A stretch of 64,000 bases of DNA from Gemmatimonadaceae bacterium (GCA_045803545.1 JBJMOW010000005.1:1376001-1440000); one strand, 5' to 3'; shown: positions 47,333 to 57,833, numbered from the stretch's first letter. A program made the numbers and translations. The notes: generated by a model from the letters alone, not told the origin.

Positions 47333-49203
47333 CGATGGCCATGTCAACGCTTTTCGCGCGTATCCACACAGCGCCCAGTCGTGTGGCTGTTGTCTGGTCT
47401 ATCGCGCTCTCGGTGTGGTCTTGCGGTGGCGCCGATGCGAGCGGGCCCCCCGAATCTCCCTTGACTGTCGCGTTGTCCGCAAGCGCGAATCGATTGACGG
47501 CGCCGGGTGACATCACGCTGTCCGCCGCCGCTACAGGAACGAGTGGGGCCAGCATTCAGAAAGTCGAGTTCTACGAGCAAATCATTGGCATCGATCCGAA
47601 TCCGAGAAAAACCGGCGAGGACCTCGATGCTCCCTATGAAATGACGCGCACGGTGTCGACCCCTGCAGAGAACGGCGACATCGGGTTCACTGCCAGGATG
47701 TATGACGCCGGCGGGCATAGCGGGACTAGTAATCAGGTCATGGTCACTGTCGCCATCATCTCTGACAATACGCCATTGCAAGCAACGGTGCCGGCGCCCC
47801 CGACGCGTATCACCACTCCAGGCCGCCTCAATTTCACTATCTCTGCAAACAAGGCGATCTCCCGCGCCGAGCTTTACAACGGAACGACAAGAGTCGCCGA
47901 GATTACGAACCCCACCGCACCCTATGTCCTCAGCTTGCCCGTCACCCAAGCCAACAACGGCACGCAGGCGTATGTCGTGAAAGTGTACGACTTCGTAGGT
48001 CAGGTCGTCGAATCCGCACCAATGAGTGTGGACGTCGACATCCGCTGGGATTTCGTCCACACCTTCAACGACATCAGCTCCACACGGAACTGGTTCGTTG
48101 CAACTGACGCCACGAATTCCGTCTACTTGACGGGCCCGACTGCGCCCCCCTACGACCTCGTTCTTATCAAGCAGGATGCCGCTGGACACGAGCTTTGGCG
48201 GCGAACTTTTGGCGGCCCGAACTGGGAGTATCCAAACTCGATCGGCGTAGATGCGTCGGGTCGGATTTATATCTCGGGAAGCATTTACGTATCAGGTAAC
48301 CTGACGCAAGGAAGTTGTTTTCTTACGCTTTACGATGCAGCGGGAAGCCTTATACGCACCCAACAGATTAGTGGCAGTTCGATAACAAACGCGGAAGGCT
48401 GCACTGCTGCTGCTGACGAGTCTGGAAATTTTTATGTAGTCGGTCACACTGCGGAACCCACTGATGGACACAAGTTCGTTCTGAAATACGACCGCGACGG
48501 CGCGCTCATTTGGAGCCGCAAGTTCGGCGGGCAAGCATTCCCGGCCAGTGAATTTCCCACAGACGAAGTCGCCGGGATTACGGTCGACTCCTTTGGCGGC
48601 ATCTACGTTAGCGGTTATACCGGACTGAGTTTCGACGGCGCGCCAAATCGCGGTCCGCGCGACGGATTCGTGCTCAAGTTCGACGTGGATGGCAATCGCG
48701 TATGGTCGAGACAATACGGCACTGCAGGGGTTCTGACCTTCGGTGACGGCATCGCGCCCGACCCCGACGGTGGTGTATTTGTGGTCGGCTCAACGGACGA
48801 TGCCAATAACAGGTTCTACAACTCCAACGGTTTTGTTCAGCGATATGGCTCCGATGGAGTCTTGTCGTGGACGCGTACGATCGACGGGGGGCGGACGGAT
48901 AACATGTACCGTGTTGTCGCTGATCGAAACGGCGTCAATGTTGTCGGAGAGACCTACGTTGGCGACTCCTCGCACGACATAACCGAGCCGAGACAGGGCT
49001 CGTTCGACGCGTTGCTGACAAGGTTCTCCCGCGATGGAGAGCGACTATTTGTCAGACTGCTCGGAACTCGCGATTCGGATTTCGCCACTGACGTCGCCAT
49101 TGGAGTGAACGGCGATGTCTACGTCTCCGGCGGATTTATGTACGACCAGTCGGCAACTCTCCATCACCCGTTCCTCGCGCGGCACCGAGATGTCACTCCA
49201 TAG
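47329..49203 (+). CDS. Lipoprotein with two Ig-like domains and an SBBP-type beta-propeller (paralog A)
   Basis: Lipobox-like SVWSC, KVEFY/YD..G Ig motifs, repeats KYD.DG...W.R.FG...I.VD..G.IYV.G. GTGA overlap with the CHAT stop. Confidence 0.82.
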   Translation: MTMAMSTLFARIHTAPSRVAVVWSIALSVWSCGGADASGPPESPLTVALSASANRLTAPGDITLSAAATGTSGASIQKVEFYEQIIGIDPNPRKTGEDLDAPYEMTRTVSTPAENGDIGFTARMYDAGGHSGTSNQVMVTVAIISDNTPLQATVPAPPTRITTPGRLNFTISANKAISRAELYNGTTRVAEITNPTAPYVLSLPVTQANNGTQAYVVKVYDFVGQVVESAPMSVDVDIRWDFVHTFNDISSTRNWFVATDATNSVYLTGPTAPPYDLVLIKQDAAGHELWRRTFGGPNWEYPNSIGVDASGRIYISGSIYVSGNLTQGSCFLTLYDAAGSLIRTQQISGSSITNAEGCTAAADESGNFYVVGHTAEPTDGHKFVLKYDRDGALIWSRKFGGQAFPASEFPTDEVAGITVDSFGGIYVSGYTGLSFDGAPNRGPRDGFVLKFDVDGNRVWSRQYGTAGVLTFGDGIAPDPDGGVFVVGSTDDANNRFYNSNGFVQRYGSDGVLSWTRTIDGGRTDNMYRVVADRNGVNVVGETYVGDSSHDITEPRQGSFDALLTRFSRDGERLFVRLLGTRDSDFATDVAIGVNGDVYVSGGFMYDQSATLHHPFLARHRDVTP

Positions 49204-51055
49204 GCTCGGCTTCCTGGCGCTTGCGAGTTACGTCGCGGCGTTCACCTTGCTTGGCCCAGCTGGGTGTTCGTCCGCCAGCCACGATGCGACTGGTCCGGCT
49301 ACAACTGGGCCGCAAGTAACCCTTATAGCCAATCCGACGAGTGTGACAAGCGTCGCTCAAATAGTTCTCAGCGCATCAGTAACGGACGGCAATGGAGGAA
49401 CGGTCCAGAAGGTGGAGTTTTACGAACGAATCATAGGCGTAGATGCGAGTCCTAGAAAAATCGGCGAAGATTCCCAGCCTCCCTATGCGTTCGCCCGCGA
49501 CGTACAAAGCTCGGCAGACAACGGCACGCGAGAATATACCGCCAAAGCCTACGACGCTGCGCAACACGTGGGAATTAGCAATGCGGTGATGGTCGCGGTG
49601 AAGCTGGCAACTGACACGCCGATGTTAAGCCCAGGCGTGTACGTCTCACAAACCAGCATCACTACACCGGGACAAATCAGGTTCACGGTGGTGACCGACA
49701 AAGCGGTCGCTCGAATAGAGGTCGACAACGGTGACGCGAAGGTCGCGGAGCTCGTGCCGCAGTCGCAGCCATACGTCGTAAGCGTGCCGGTAACTTCAGC
49801 GAACAACGGCAAACAGACCTACGCCGTGAAAGCTTACGATGCGACGGGGAACGTCATCGAGAGCGCAGCGATGGATGTCGTGGTAGATATCCAATGGGAT
49901 GTCATTCGCACCATCCCTGACATTCAGAAGGGAGGTGCTTACGGGCCGTTCGTCGTTACCGATGCAGACGGCGCGGTGTACGTAGCGGGCGACAACGAGG
50001 TGGAAACGCCGGTTCGCCACACAGACGGGTTTCTGATCAAACATGATGCGGATGGCAATCGGCTCTGGATTCGGACGTTCGGTGGGTCCAACACTCAGCA
50101 CGTCGACGCCGCAGGCGTCGACGGTTCAGGCCGAGTGTACATCGCAGGAGACGTGTATTCCGGTGTCGGCCTCCGCAAGAATTGCTTCCTCAACCTTTTT
50201 GACCGATCCGGCGCGACCGTTCGGACGCAGATCATCGACATCCAAGGTTGGTCGAAAGACTCGTGTGTGGCCGCATCGGACGCAGCGGGGAATTTTTATG
50301 TCGCTGGCTCGGTGAGCGATTCCGCCAATGGCGTCCTCAACATCTTCATCGTCAAGTATGATAAAGACGGTGGCGCAACCTGGACGCGCCAATTCCGGAG
50401 CCAGCCTGACACGACCTTCGCTTTCGTTAGCGGCATCGCTGTCGATCCACTCGGCGGTGTGTATGTGGTCGGCTTCACTAACGGAAGCATCGGCGGCTCG
50501 CCAAGTGGTGGTGCGTTTGATCTCTTTCTCGTGAAATATGATGGCGATGGAAATCGGCTCTGGGCGCGCCAAGCCGGACAGGTCGGCCATAACACGCAGG
50601 GTGTCCAGCTCGCACCTGATCCCGATGGTGGCGTTTATGTGCTAGGCAACGCCTACGACTCCGAGATACGGGCCACTGTTCTCGTGCTACGCACTGGCGC
50701 AGACGGCACTATCCGATGGGTCCGTAGCTTGAGCGGCCACTGGAGCGACCAGGCTACAGGAATTGCGGTGGATCGGCGCGGAGTCTACGTCGTCGGTTAT
50801 ACGCTTGGTCCGCCGACTGTTCCGGGAGTTCCTCCCGACGGCGAGATAAGAGAGGCAGCACAAGGCGATTGGGATGCGTTTCTCGCGAAGCTCTCCCCGG
50901 ATGGCTCTCTGCTATCAGTTCGTTTGCTCGGCACTCCAGTGCATGACGGCGCGACTGGAGTAGCAGTCGGCTCAAACGGCAAGATTTACGTCAGCGGCCT
51001 ACTCGGTGGATTCTACACGCCCATCCTGGCACGCGACCCAAATGTTGTTCCGTAG
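49190..51055 (+). CDS. Lipoprotein with two Ig-like domains and an SBBP-type beta-propeller (paralog B)
   Basis: Lipobox PAGC, QKVEFYERIIGVD...PRKIGED shared with paralog A, repeats LVKYDGDGNRLW. Confidence 0.82.
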   Translation: MSLHRLGFLALASYVAAFTLLGPAGCSSASHDATGPATTGPQVTLIANPTSVTSVAQIVLSASVTDGNGGTVQKVEFYERIIGVDASPRKIGEDSQPPYAFARDVQSSADNGTREYTAKAYDAAQHVGISNAVMVAVKLATDTPMLSPGVYVSQTSITTPGQIRFTVVTDKAVARIEVDNGDAKVAELVPQSQPYVVSVPVTSANNGKQTYAVKAYDATGNVIESAAMDVVVDIQWDVIRTIPDIQKGGAYGPFVVTDADGAVYVAGDNEVETPVRHTDGFLIKHDADGNRLWIRTFGGSNTQHVDAAGVDGSGRVYIAGDVYSGVGLRKNCFLNLFDRSGATVRTQIIDIQGWSKDSCVAASDAAGNFYVAGSVSDSANGVLNIFIVKYDKDGGATWTRQFRSQPDTTFAFVSGIAVDPLGGVYVVGFTNGSIGGSPSGGAFDLFLVKYDGDGNRLWARQAGQVGHNTQGVQLAPDPDGGVYVLGNAYDSEIRATVLVLRTGADGTIRWVRSLSGHWSDQATGIAVDRRGVYVVGYTLGPPTVPGVPPDGEIREAAQGDWDAFLAKLSPDGSLLSVRLLGTPVHDGATGVAVGSNGKIYVSGLLGGFYTPILARDPNVVP

Positions 51056-53771
51056 TTCCGCTCTCTGCGTCCTCGCGATCTGCGTCTGCGCTTGCTCGCA
51101 GGATACCGCGGGCCCGCGCGGAGGCGCGCCTCCGTCGCCCATGTATATATCCAACTCGCAGTCGGCGGCACTGGACGCTTCAATCGCGACTGCGTCGGTC
51201 ACGCGCTCGACAGCGCAGCCCAACATAAAGGCATCACGCAGCGTCGCGATCACGACAGACGAAGTCAACGTCGCCTACATATCGCTGGAACCTCAGACTG
51301 CTCCGACCGGAACGACTGCGGTCATCACCAACGTGCGAACAGCCGTGAGCGTTACTACACCCATGGTTGACGGCGGAATCGATCCGGTTCCCTTGCCCGC
51401 TAACCCCGGTGACAGTGTGACAATCGCCATCAGAACCACCGGTGGAATAACCGTCGAAACGATCGCCAACACCGTTCCGAAGCGTCGTCCGCCCACAATC
51501 GTGCGCACGATTCCTGGGCGCGGTAAAACTGGTGTGCCCCTTAACAAGAACATCGAGATCATTTTCACCGAGCCGGTCGAGCAATCCTCACTGTCTGGAT
51601 CCGTGCAACTTCTGCACGCCGGCGCACAGGTCGCGGGAACCGCCGAAATCCTGCAGGGTGTCACTGCTGCCGTCGTCTTCAAGCCGACACAACAACTCGA
51701 CCCCAACAGTGACTATGAACTCGTTGTAACCAACGGCGTGCGTGATCAGGATGGTGAGGTCCTCGACTCCGCGGTAACAGTTCCGTTCAAGACGGGAACC
51801 ACCACGGAAGGTCCGGTCGCAACGCTTAGTATCACGCCCAACGCAGCAGACGTAAGAGCGGGAGACGAATTCCAGCTGGTTGTCGTCGCCGAAGACGCAA
51901 ACGGTACGCTGCTCACCGGTCGTCCGATTACCTGGTGGTACACAGATTCAACGGTGGCAGTCGTCACCAACACTGGACTAGTCACTGCTCGAGGTGAAGG
52001 CACTGCGTTCGTTTTGGCGGAGATCGACGGTTTCTTCGTCGCCACCTCCATTCGCGTATCCAACGCATTACGTCCGGTGGCGTCTGTCACTGTTTCATTC
52101 GACTCCGCGAACATCGCACCGGGCGGCGTGCTTCGCGTAGCCGCAATAGCAACAGACGCCGACGGAAATCTGCTGTTGCACCGGCTGGCAACCTGGTCAA
52201 GCAGCAATCCAAACGTCGCGAAGGTCGCCGGCGCTCCACAACCCCAACCGCCGGAAACCAATGTCAGCCGTGTGCTGCTTAACGGACTTTTCGTCACTCC
52301 GTTGGCGATGTATCCAGCAGACGTATCCGGCTTTGATAATGGGGTCTCGCGTATTGTCGCGACAATCGAGGGACACAGCGATACGATCGTGGTCACCGTC
52401 GCCAACTCACCACCAATCGTCGGGTTGACGTTGTCGCAAGATACTGCAACCCTGTTATTGCGTCAGACAACACAGCTTGTGGCCTCGAGGGTGAATTCTG
52501 CGGGTGGACGCGCGGCTGTCCCCACAACAGATGTCCAGTGGGAGAGCTCCAACCCTGCGGTGGCGGCGGTCGATGTTAGCGGACTGGTAACCGCGGACGG
52601 CGCTGGCACCGCAACCATCACAGGCCATTGGACCACCTACAGCGCAACCACTCGCGTCACTGTGGTCGAACTCGCGTTCCGTGCGGTGAGCGCTGGACGC
52701 ACTCACACTTGCGCACTCACTGCAAGCGGTAACGCCTATTGCTGGGGCGCGACTGACTTCGGCCAGGCAGGCAGGCCCGGGATTGTCGATTACGGCTCAT
52801 TGGGATCTCCTGCGCGAATCTTTTTTCCGACGCCAATACCAGTTGCTGAGGGACTCACATTCTCCGCAGTTACCGCCGGTGGTTTTCATTCGTGCGCTTT
52901 GACTGTTGCGGGCGCTGCCTATTGCTGGGGATTCAACGGTTACGGTGCGCTAGGCGCCGGCAATCACGACGACTCCTGGCGCCCAGTAGCTGTTACCGGC
53001 GGTCACTCCTTCGTTAGCCTGGATGCTGGATCGCAGCACACGTGCGGGATCACGGCTGCCGGTAGTGCGTACTGCTGGGGGTCAAACAGCAGCGGGCAGC
53101 TCGGAAGTTCCGCAGTGAAATCCGGCACGAGCCCGCTGCTTGTCGCCGGCGGCATCGCGTTCGTATCGTTGAGCGCCGGCGGCTCCCATACATGTGCGCT
53201 CACATCTGACGGCGTTGCGTATTGCTGGGGCGAAAACGCCGGCGGCCAACTCGGAGTTGGCGAAAGCGTTACCAGCAGCGCGACTCCGCTACTGGTGAGC
53301 GGCGGATTGACGTTCGCTTCGATCAACGCGGGTGAATCTCACACGTGCGGTATCACGCGCTCGGGCTCACTGTATTGCTGGGGATGGAACTTCGAGAACC
53401 AGCTCGGGAATGGAATCCAGTCGACGCCGAGTGCCGTGCCAACGGCCGTCGCCGGCAATCTGAACTTTATCGAAATCGGCGCAGGTACGTCGCACTCGTG
53501 TGCGATCGACGCGACCAATGTTGCCTATTGCTGGGGACAGAATCTCAATGCGCAGATTGGAATCGGAAGCAGTACGTCCGATTTGTTTGCGACTCCGCAA
53601 CGAGTCAGCGGTGGCCTCGCATTTCAGAAACTGAGTGCCGGCCGTTCGCACACCTGCGCTGCGACAACGGCGGGGGTCTGGTATTGCTGGGGCCATAATG
53701 AGAGCGGCGTGCTCGGTGTCGGCAATACGACTGACAGCGGCACGCCGTCAAAGATTCTCGGACAGCGGTGA
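51042..53771 (+). CDS. Lipoprotein with Big_5/Big_2 Ig domains and a seven-repeat RCC1-type propeller
   Basis: Lipobox VCAC, IEIIFTEPV...LDPNSDYEL (Big_5-like), W.SSNP.VA.V (Big_2), seven AG..H(T/S)C......YCWG repeats. Confidence 0.87.
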   Translation: MLFRSSALCVLAICVCACSQDTAGPRGGAPPSPMYISNSQSAALDASIATASVTRSTAQPNIKASRSVAITTDEVNVAYISLEPQTAPTGTTAVITNVRTAVSVTTPMVDGGIDPVPLPANPGDSVTIAIRTTGGITVETIANTVPKRRPPTIVRTIPGRGKTGVPLNKNIEIIFTEPVEQSSLSGSVQLLHAGAQVAGTAEILQGVTAAVVFKPTQQLDPNSDYELVVTNGVRDQDGEVLDSAVTVPFKTGTTTEGPVATLSITPNAADVRAGDEFQLVVVAEDANGTLLTGRPITWWYTDSTVAVVTNTGLVTARGEGTAFVLAEIDGFFVATSIRVSNALRPVASVTVSFDSANIAPGGVLRVAAIATDADGNLLLHRLATWSSSNPNVAKVAGAPQPQPPETNVSRVLLNGLFVTPLAMYPADVSGFDNGVSRIVATIEGHSDTIVVTVANSPPIVGLTLSQDTATLLLRQTTQLVASRVNSAGGRAAVPTTDVQWESSNPAVAAVDVSGLVTADGAGTATITGHWTTYSATTRVTVVELAFRAVSAGRTHTCALTASGNAYCWGATDFGQAGRPGIVDYGSLGSPARIFFPTPIPVAEGLTFSAVTAGGFHSCALTVAGAAYCWGFNGYGALGAGNHDDSWRPVAVTGGHSFVSLDAGSQHTCGITAAGSAYCWGSNSSGQLGSSAVKSGTSPLLVAGGIAFVSLSAGGSHTCALTSDGVAYCWGENAGGQLGVGESVTSSATPLLVSGGLTFASINAGESHTCGITRSGSLYCWGWNFENQLGNGIQSTPSAVPTAVAGNLNFIEIGAGTSHSCAIDATNVAYCWGQNLNAQIGIGSSTSDLFATPQRVSGGLAFQKLSAGRSHTCAATTAGVWYCWGHNESGVLGVGNTTDSGTPSKILGQR

Positions 53772-53815
53772 CCCTGCGCGTCGCATAGGCGGCAAACAGG
53801 CCCGAAAAAAACTTT

Positions 53816-53839
53816 CGCAAGTCGTCGCGGTCGGTCCGT
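53816..53839 (+). promoter_or_regulatory. ECF-type promoter motif copy 3
   Basis: CGCAAG-tcgtcgcggtcg-GTCCGT, 29 nt upstream of ATG 53869 (AAGGAG RBS). Confidence 0.68.
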
Positions 53840-53868
53840 TTCTCCTGTTAGCAAATCAAGGAGCGACC

Positions 53869-55170
53869 ATGCCGTTGTCGATCAGAGGCAGAACGAGCCG
53901 CGCTTTCTTCATCGCTCTCGCTATCGCCGGGTGCGACACCAAATCACCGACGGAGCTACGTTCCGAGAACGGGGTTACCGTTCCGGATCACGTCGCGTTC
54001 GCCGCATCTAGTGGGTCGACAGTTTCCGCTGCCGCGGTTTCTCCGACGGACATCGATCTTTCCTGGCAAGACGCTTCACCCAAGCAACTGAGTGGCTTCC
54101 AGATTTTCCGCTCGACGACTGGACCCACCGGCAGCTACTTCCAAATCGCAAGCGTCGCAGCTACTGCCACGCGCTACCCCGACGTCGGGCTTACCCAATC
54201 GACGAGCTACTGCTATGAGATTCGGTCGTTCAAAACGGCCGGGCGGAACACGACATACTCGGCGTATTCTGCTCCCGCATGCGCGACGACCAGAATTAGT
54301 CCGCCAACGGCGACCAATGCGACTGCGCAGGGCAGCAGCACCGTCGCCGTCACCTGGACCTGGGGTCCTGGAGCTGCGAGCGGATTCAGAGTTGAACGCT
54401 CGGCGAGCAATACAGGACCCTGGCAGACCGCTGCGACGACGTCCAGCTCGGCACGGTCGTATATCGATGCCGGGCGGGAGAGCGAGAAAATTGTCTGTTA
54501 CCGCGTCGTCGCACTGAATACCGGCGGCGAATCGGGTCCGTCAAACGTCGACTGCACTACTCCGCTCGCGAGTCCGACCAATCTGGTTGCCGCTGCCGTC
54601 TCGGACGGCATCCAGCTTACCTGGCAGGACAACTCCAGTTTTGAGTTCAAATTCTTGATACAGGCCGCCACCGACGGCGTCACGTTCTATGACGTAGCCA
54701 CCGTGCCCGCAAATACGACAAGCTTCCACCAGCCCGGGGTGAGCAGCGACAAACAATTCTGGTACCGGATCGCGGCGCAGCGCGAAGGCCTGTCAGACTT
54801 CTCCAACGTTGCCACTACGACCGGCGGATGTGTGCCGACCGGCGACACCGAAGTCTGCGACAATAATCTGGACGATGATTGCAATGGCCTCGTCGACTAT
54901 AACGACCCGGCTTGTGGCGAGCTGACGGACTGCAATGCCAACCCCTGTGGGTCGGGCACCATATGCAACGGCGCCTTTTGCGTGTCTAGCTGCGGCGATG
55001 GCTACCGTGACAGCGACGAAAGCGACGTCGATTGTGGCGGAGGGTGCGGCAACACCTGCCAGCTAAATCAGGAGTGCTGGGGCAATTGGGATTGCGCGTC
55101 GAACAACTGCGTCTACACACCAGGAGCTTTCCGGGGAATTTGCCAGGCTCCGCCGCCGAGCCAGCCATGA
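53869..55170 (+). CDS. Lipoprotein with three FN3 domains and a Cys-rich acidic C-terminus
   Basis: Lipobox IAGC, three FN3 units (IDLSWQD, VTWTW, IQLTWQDNS), 16 Cys in the last ~115 aa including EVCDNNLDDDCNGLVD and DSDESDVDCGGGC. Confidence 0.85.
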   Translation: MPLSIRGRTSRAFFIALAIAGCDTKSPTELRSENGVTVPDHVAFAASSGSTVSAAAVSPTDIDLSWQDASPKQLSGFQIFRSTTGPTGSYFQIASVAATATRYPDVGLTQSTSYCYEIRSFKTAGRNTTYSAYSAPACATTRISPPTATNATAQGSSTVAVTWTWGPGAASGFRVERSASNTGPWQTAATTSSSARSYIDAGRESEKIVCYRVVALNTGGESGPSNVDCTTPLASPTNLVAAAVSDGIQLTWQDNSSFEFKFLIQAATDGVTFYDVATVPANTTSFHQPGVSSDKQFWYRIAAQREGLSDFSNVATTTGGCVPTGDTEVCDNNLDDDCNGLVDYNDPACGELTDCNANPCGSGTICNGAFCVSSCGDGYRDSDESDVDCGGGCGNTCQLNQECWGNWDCASNNCVYTPGAFRGICQAPPPSQP

Positions 55171-55982
55171 AGATATTTACTGCAAGACTCACCGTGATTG
55201 CCCTGGCAGTCGTCTTCGCCGCACCGACGGCACCCGCCCAAAATACGGCCGACAGCACGCGTCAGCTCGCGGCGATGCGAACCGACTTGGAACGCATCAA
55301 GTCGGACCTGGATCTGGTCAAGAGTCAGCTTGGCCAGGTACTTCGCGTGTTGAACAAACAACCTTCTTCTCAGGTTCGCCCCGTGACAGCGCGCTCTGTA
55401 CGCGCATCTGTGGCGGACGCTCCGTCCTTGGGTCGGCCAGATGCGCCGGTGACGATCGTCGAATTCTCGGACTACCAATGTCCGTTTTGCCAGCGGTTCT
55501 TCGCAACCACGCTGCCGACGTTAGCGAAGGACTACATCGAAGCCGGCAAAGTTCGATACGTGTTCCGCGATTACCCGCTCGACCAGCTCCATCCGCGCGC
55601 GCGCAAAGCTGCCGAAGCAGCGCATTGTGCCGGCGAGCAAGGCAAATACTGGGAGATGCACGACGCTTTGTTCCGGAATCAGAGCGCGCTCGAAGTGCCG
55701 CAACTGGGGGAGTATGCTCGATCCGTGGGAATCGACGGTCCGATCTTCGACGCGTGTCTGTCATCGGGTCGGAATGCGTTGCTTGTAAGCCGCGGAGTAA
55801 CTGATGGTACCGCCGCTGGACTCCAGGGCACACCGAGTTTCGTGATTGGCAAGACAAGGAAGGGCGATTTCGTCGAAGGCAAATCGATTCGCGGCGCGCA
55901 GACCATTGAAACGTTCCGTCAAGTAATCGAACAGATGCTGTCGAGTGCTGACCAGGAAGGTCATCCGGCGCAGTTGAAATGA
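55167..55982 (+). CDS. DsbA-family thiol-disulfide oxidoreductase
   Basis: Signal peptide, coiled coil, GRPDAPVTIVEFSDYQCPFC, RDYPL, AAEAAHCAGEQGKYWEMHD, GTPSF. ATGA overlap with the FN3 gene. Confidence 0.9.
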   Translation: MKIFTARLTVIALAVVFAAPTAPAQNTADSTRQLAAMRTDLERIKSDLDLVKSQLGQVLRVLNKQPSSQVRPVTARSVRASVADAPSLGRPDAPVTIVEFSDYQCPFCQRFFATTLPTLAKDYIEAGKVRYVFRDYPLDQLHPRARKAAEAAHCAGEQGKYWEMHDALFRNQSALEVPQLGEYARSVGIDGPIFDACLSSGRNALLVSRGVTDGTAAGLQGTPSFVIGKTRKGDFVEGKSIRGAQTIETFRQVIEQMLSSADQEGHPAQLK

Positions 55983-56746
55983 TGAACGATCGAGCCGGCG
56001 CGCCGCCGTATCTCGGTGAGCGGTTCGTGCGGAAGGCAGTTATCGCTCTCGTAATGGCGATGCTGCTCGCCCAGCATCGGACATTCGCAAGCTCCTACGA
56101 GGCTGACCAGCAGCGCACGTGGTTGCCCGCGTCTCGCAGCGAAGCATTCACTGGCGAAGTCACCTATGATTTTGACGGCGTTCTCAATCAAACGACCGCC
56201 GCGTTTGTTGCGCCGCTCGGCAAGCGCGACCTTCTGCACAGGATTTTGTTGCGGCCGGCCGTACACACCATCGTTGTGTCGTATCAATTCAACGGCCACG
56301 TTGCGTCGCATCTTCCAGATTCCGTCCGCGTGCAGCTCGAGTCTGACGACTACGTTGACCCCGCCTCATTGAACCGGCTCGATATTGTCACCGATCCGAC
56401 CCTGACGATCCCTGTGGGTAACCGCATCGACCTACACTCACTCTCTGTCTCACAGCACGTCGAGCTCGAAACTCGGCCGCGCGCAATGCTGGAGAACATC
56501 GTGGTCGCTCCGGACCAACAGCGGTTTGTGCGAGTCCGTGAGCTGCCACAGGCTCGCATCAGGCGTCGAGCAACTGCCTGGCTTTCCGCGTGCGAGTTCC
56601 TTTCGATGATCAATCAGACCGAGATTCAGGGAACCGTCGACGGACTCGATTTCAACCTGAACCACCTGGTCGTGACGGGTCTTGACCGCTTCGCCGCGCA
56701 AATGCTGCCTGCGGACGCTCAGCGATTCATCGAGTGCGCACAGTAG
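55979..56746 (+). CDS. Hypothetical protein, probably exported
   Basis: 255-aa ORF with ATGA overlap to DsbA and a hydrophobic N-terminal stretch AVIALVMAMLLA. Confidence 0.6.
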   Translation: MMNDRAGAPPYLGERFVRKAVIALVMAMLLAQHRTFASSYEADQQRTWLPASRSEAFTGEVTYDFDGVLNQTTAAFVAPLGKRDLLHRILLRPAVHTIVVSYQFNGHVASHLPDSVRVQLESDDYVDPASLNRLDIVTDPTLTIPVGNRIDLHSLSVSQHVELETRPRAMLENIVVAPDQQRFVRVRELPQARIRRRATAWLSACEFLSMINQTEIQGTVDGLDFNLNHLVVTGLDRFAAQMLPADAQRFIECAQ

Positions 56747-56761
56747 CCTTTTCCATCGTCA

Positions 56762-57766
56762 CTACGGATTCCTGCGCCACTCCGGCTCCGTTCCTTGCGC
56801 TGCAAGCAAAGTCTGCACACCTGTCGAAAGATTCACCTTGTACACGGGTGACGAAGCATTTCTCTGCGGCGCGAGGTAGACGAGATACGAATCATCCGGC
56901 GACCATTTCGCCGAGGGACCGCTCGCAACATGCGTTATCGTGTTCGTCGAGAGATCGAGAATTGACGGGTCATAGCCAGATGCGTTGTTCGGCTGTGGAA
57001 TCGCGAGCGCCAGTCTGTCCGGCGGCGTGCGAGACCAGCTGAGACCCAGCACCCCGCGGACGAACGAACGCACGAACGTGGTCGTTGATGTCGCCACATC
57101 GAGTACGAAGACGGAATCCACTGCCACGTCGATCGAGCGCTGAACGAAAGCAAGCTTTGTTGCCTGCGGGTTCCACGTCACCCAGATCATCCGATTCCCC
57201 TGTGGGCCGAGATACGCCAGGCGCTCGCTGAAACCACTTGGCGTCGTCGAGATCACGTAGATCCCCGCCGGCGCACCGATGTTGCCCTGCGACTCCGTGT
57301 AAGCGATTTGTGGATTGGTCGGATCAGGCGACCACGCGATGTCAAAAGCAGTGTGTGTGATCGGAAGAGCGACTGGCGTGCCCGCACGCGGTACGCCGTT
57401 TACGACGGAAACGTCGGCTCGGGTGATGTCATACGTTGCCGCGTGATACGCAATGCTATGACCGTCTGGTGACCACGATGGATGTGGCGTACTCGAGGCG
57501 GTCGTAAGCAGCGCTGTCTGGTTCGACCCATCGCTGTTCATGACGTAGAGCCCATAGACGACGTGGTTCGGTTTGCCGCTTTGCGACCCGTAAGCAATCG
57601 CAGGATCCGCAGCTGGAGTGGACTGCGTCGTGACGTCGGCCGCCGCGCGCAAAACCGCGACCTCTGTAAACTGACCGTCAGTTGAACGAGGACCGGCCAC
57701 ATCGCGCGCACACGCCGCGGTTAATAGAAGAAGAAGGACCGCAGACGTAATCGATGTGCGACGCAT
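56762..57766 (-). CDS. TolB-like beta-propeller lipoprotein (paralog 1)
   Basis: Lipobox LTAAC, YVMNSDGSNQT, PSWSPDG, AKWSPDD, ends EPEWRRNP. Confidence 0.85.
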   Translation of the reverse strand: MRRTSITSAVLLLLLTAACARDVAGPRSTDGQFTEVAVLRAAADVTTQSTPAADPAIAYGSQSGKPNHVVYGLYVMNSDGSNQTALLTTASSTPHPSWSPDGHSIAYHAATYDITRADVSVVNGVPRAGTPVALPITHTAFDIAWSPDPTNPQIAYTESQGNIGAPAGIYVISTTPSGFSERLAYLGPQGNRMIWVTWNPQATKLAFVQRSIDVAVDSVFVLDVATSTTTFVRSFVRGVLGLSWSRTPPDRLALAIPQPNNASGYDPSILDLSTNTITHVASGPSAKWSPDDSYLVYLAPQRNASSPVYKVNLSTGVQTLLAAQGTEPEWRRNP

Positions 57767-57800
57767 TGTTCACTCCACAGAACCGGTTAATACCAGTTCT

Positions 57801-57824
57801 ACGGACAGGATTTCAGGATTTGCG
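57801..57824 (-). promoter_or_regulatory. ECF-type promoter motif copy 4
   Basis: Minus strand CGCAAA-tcctgaaatcct-GTCCGT, 34 nt upstream of ATG 57766, in the 67-nt gap after the CHAT2 stop. Confidence 0.7.
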
Positions 57825-57833
57825 TCGTTCCTT

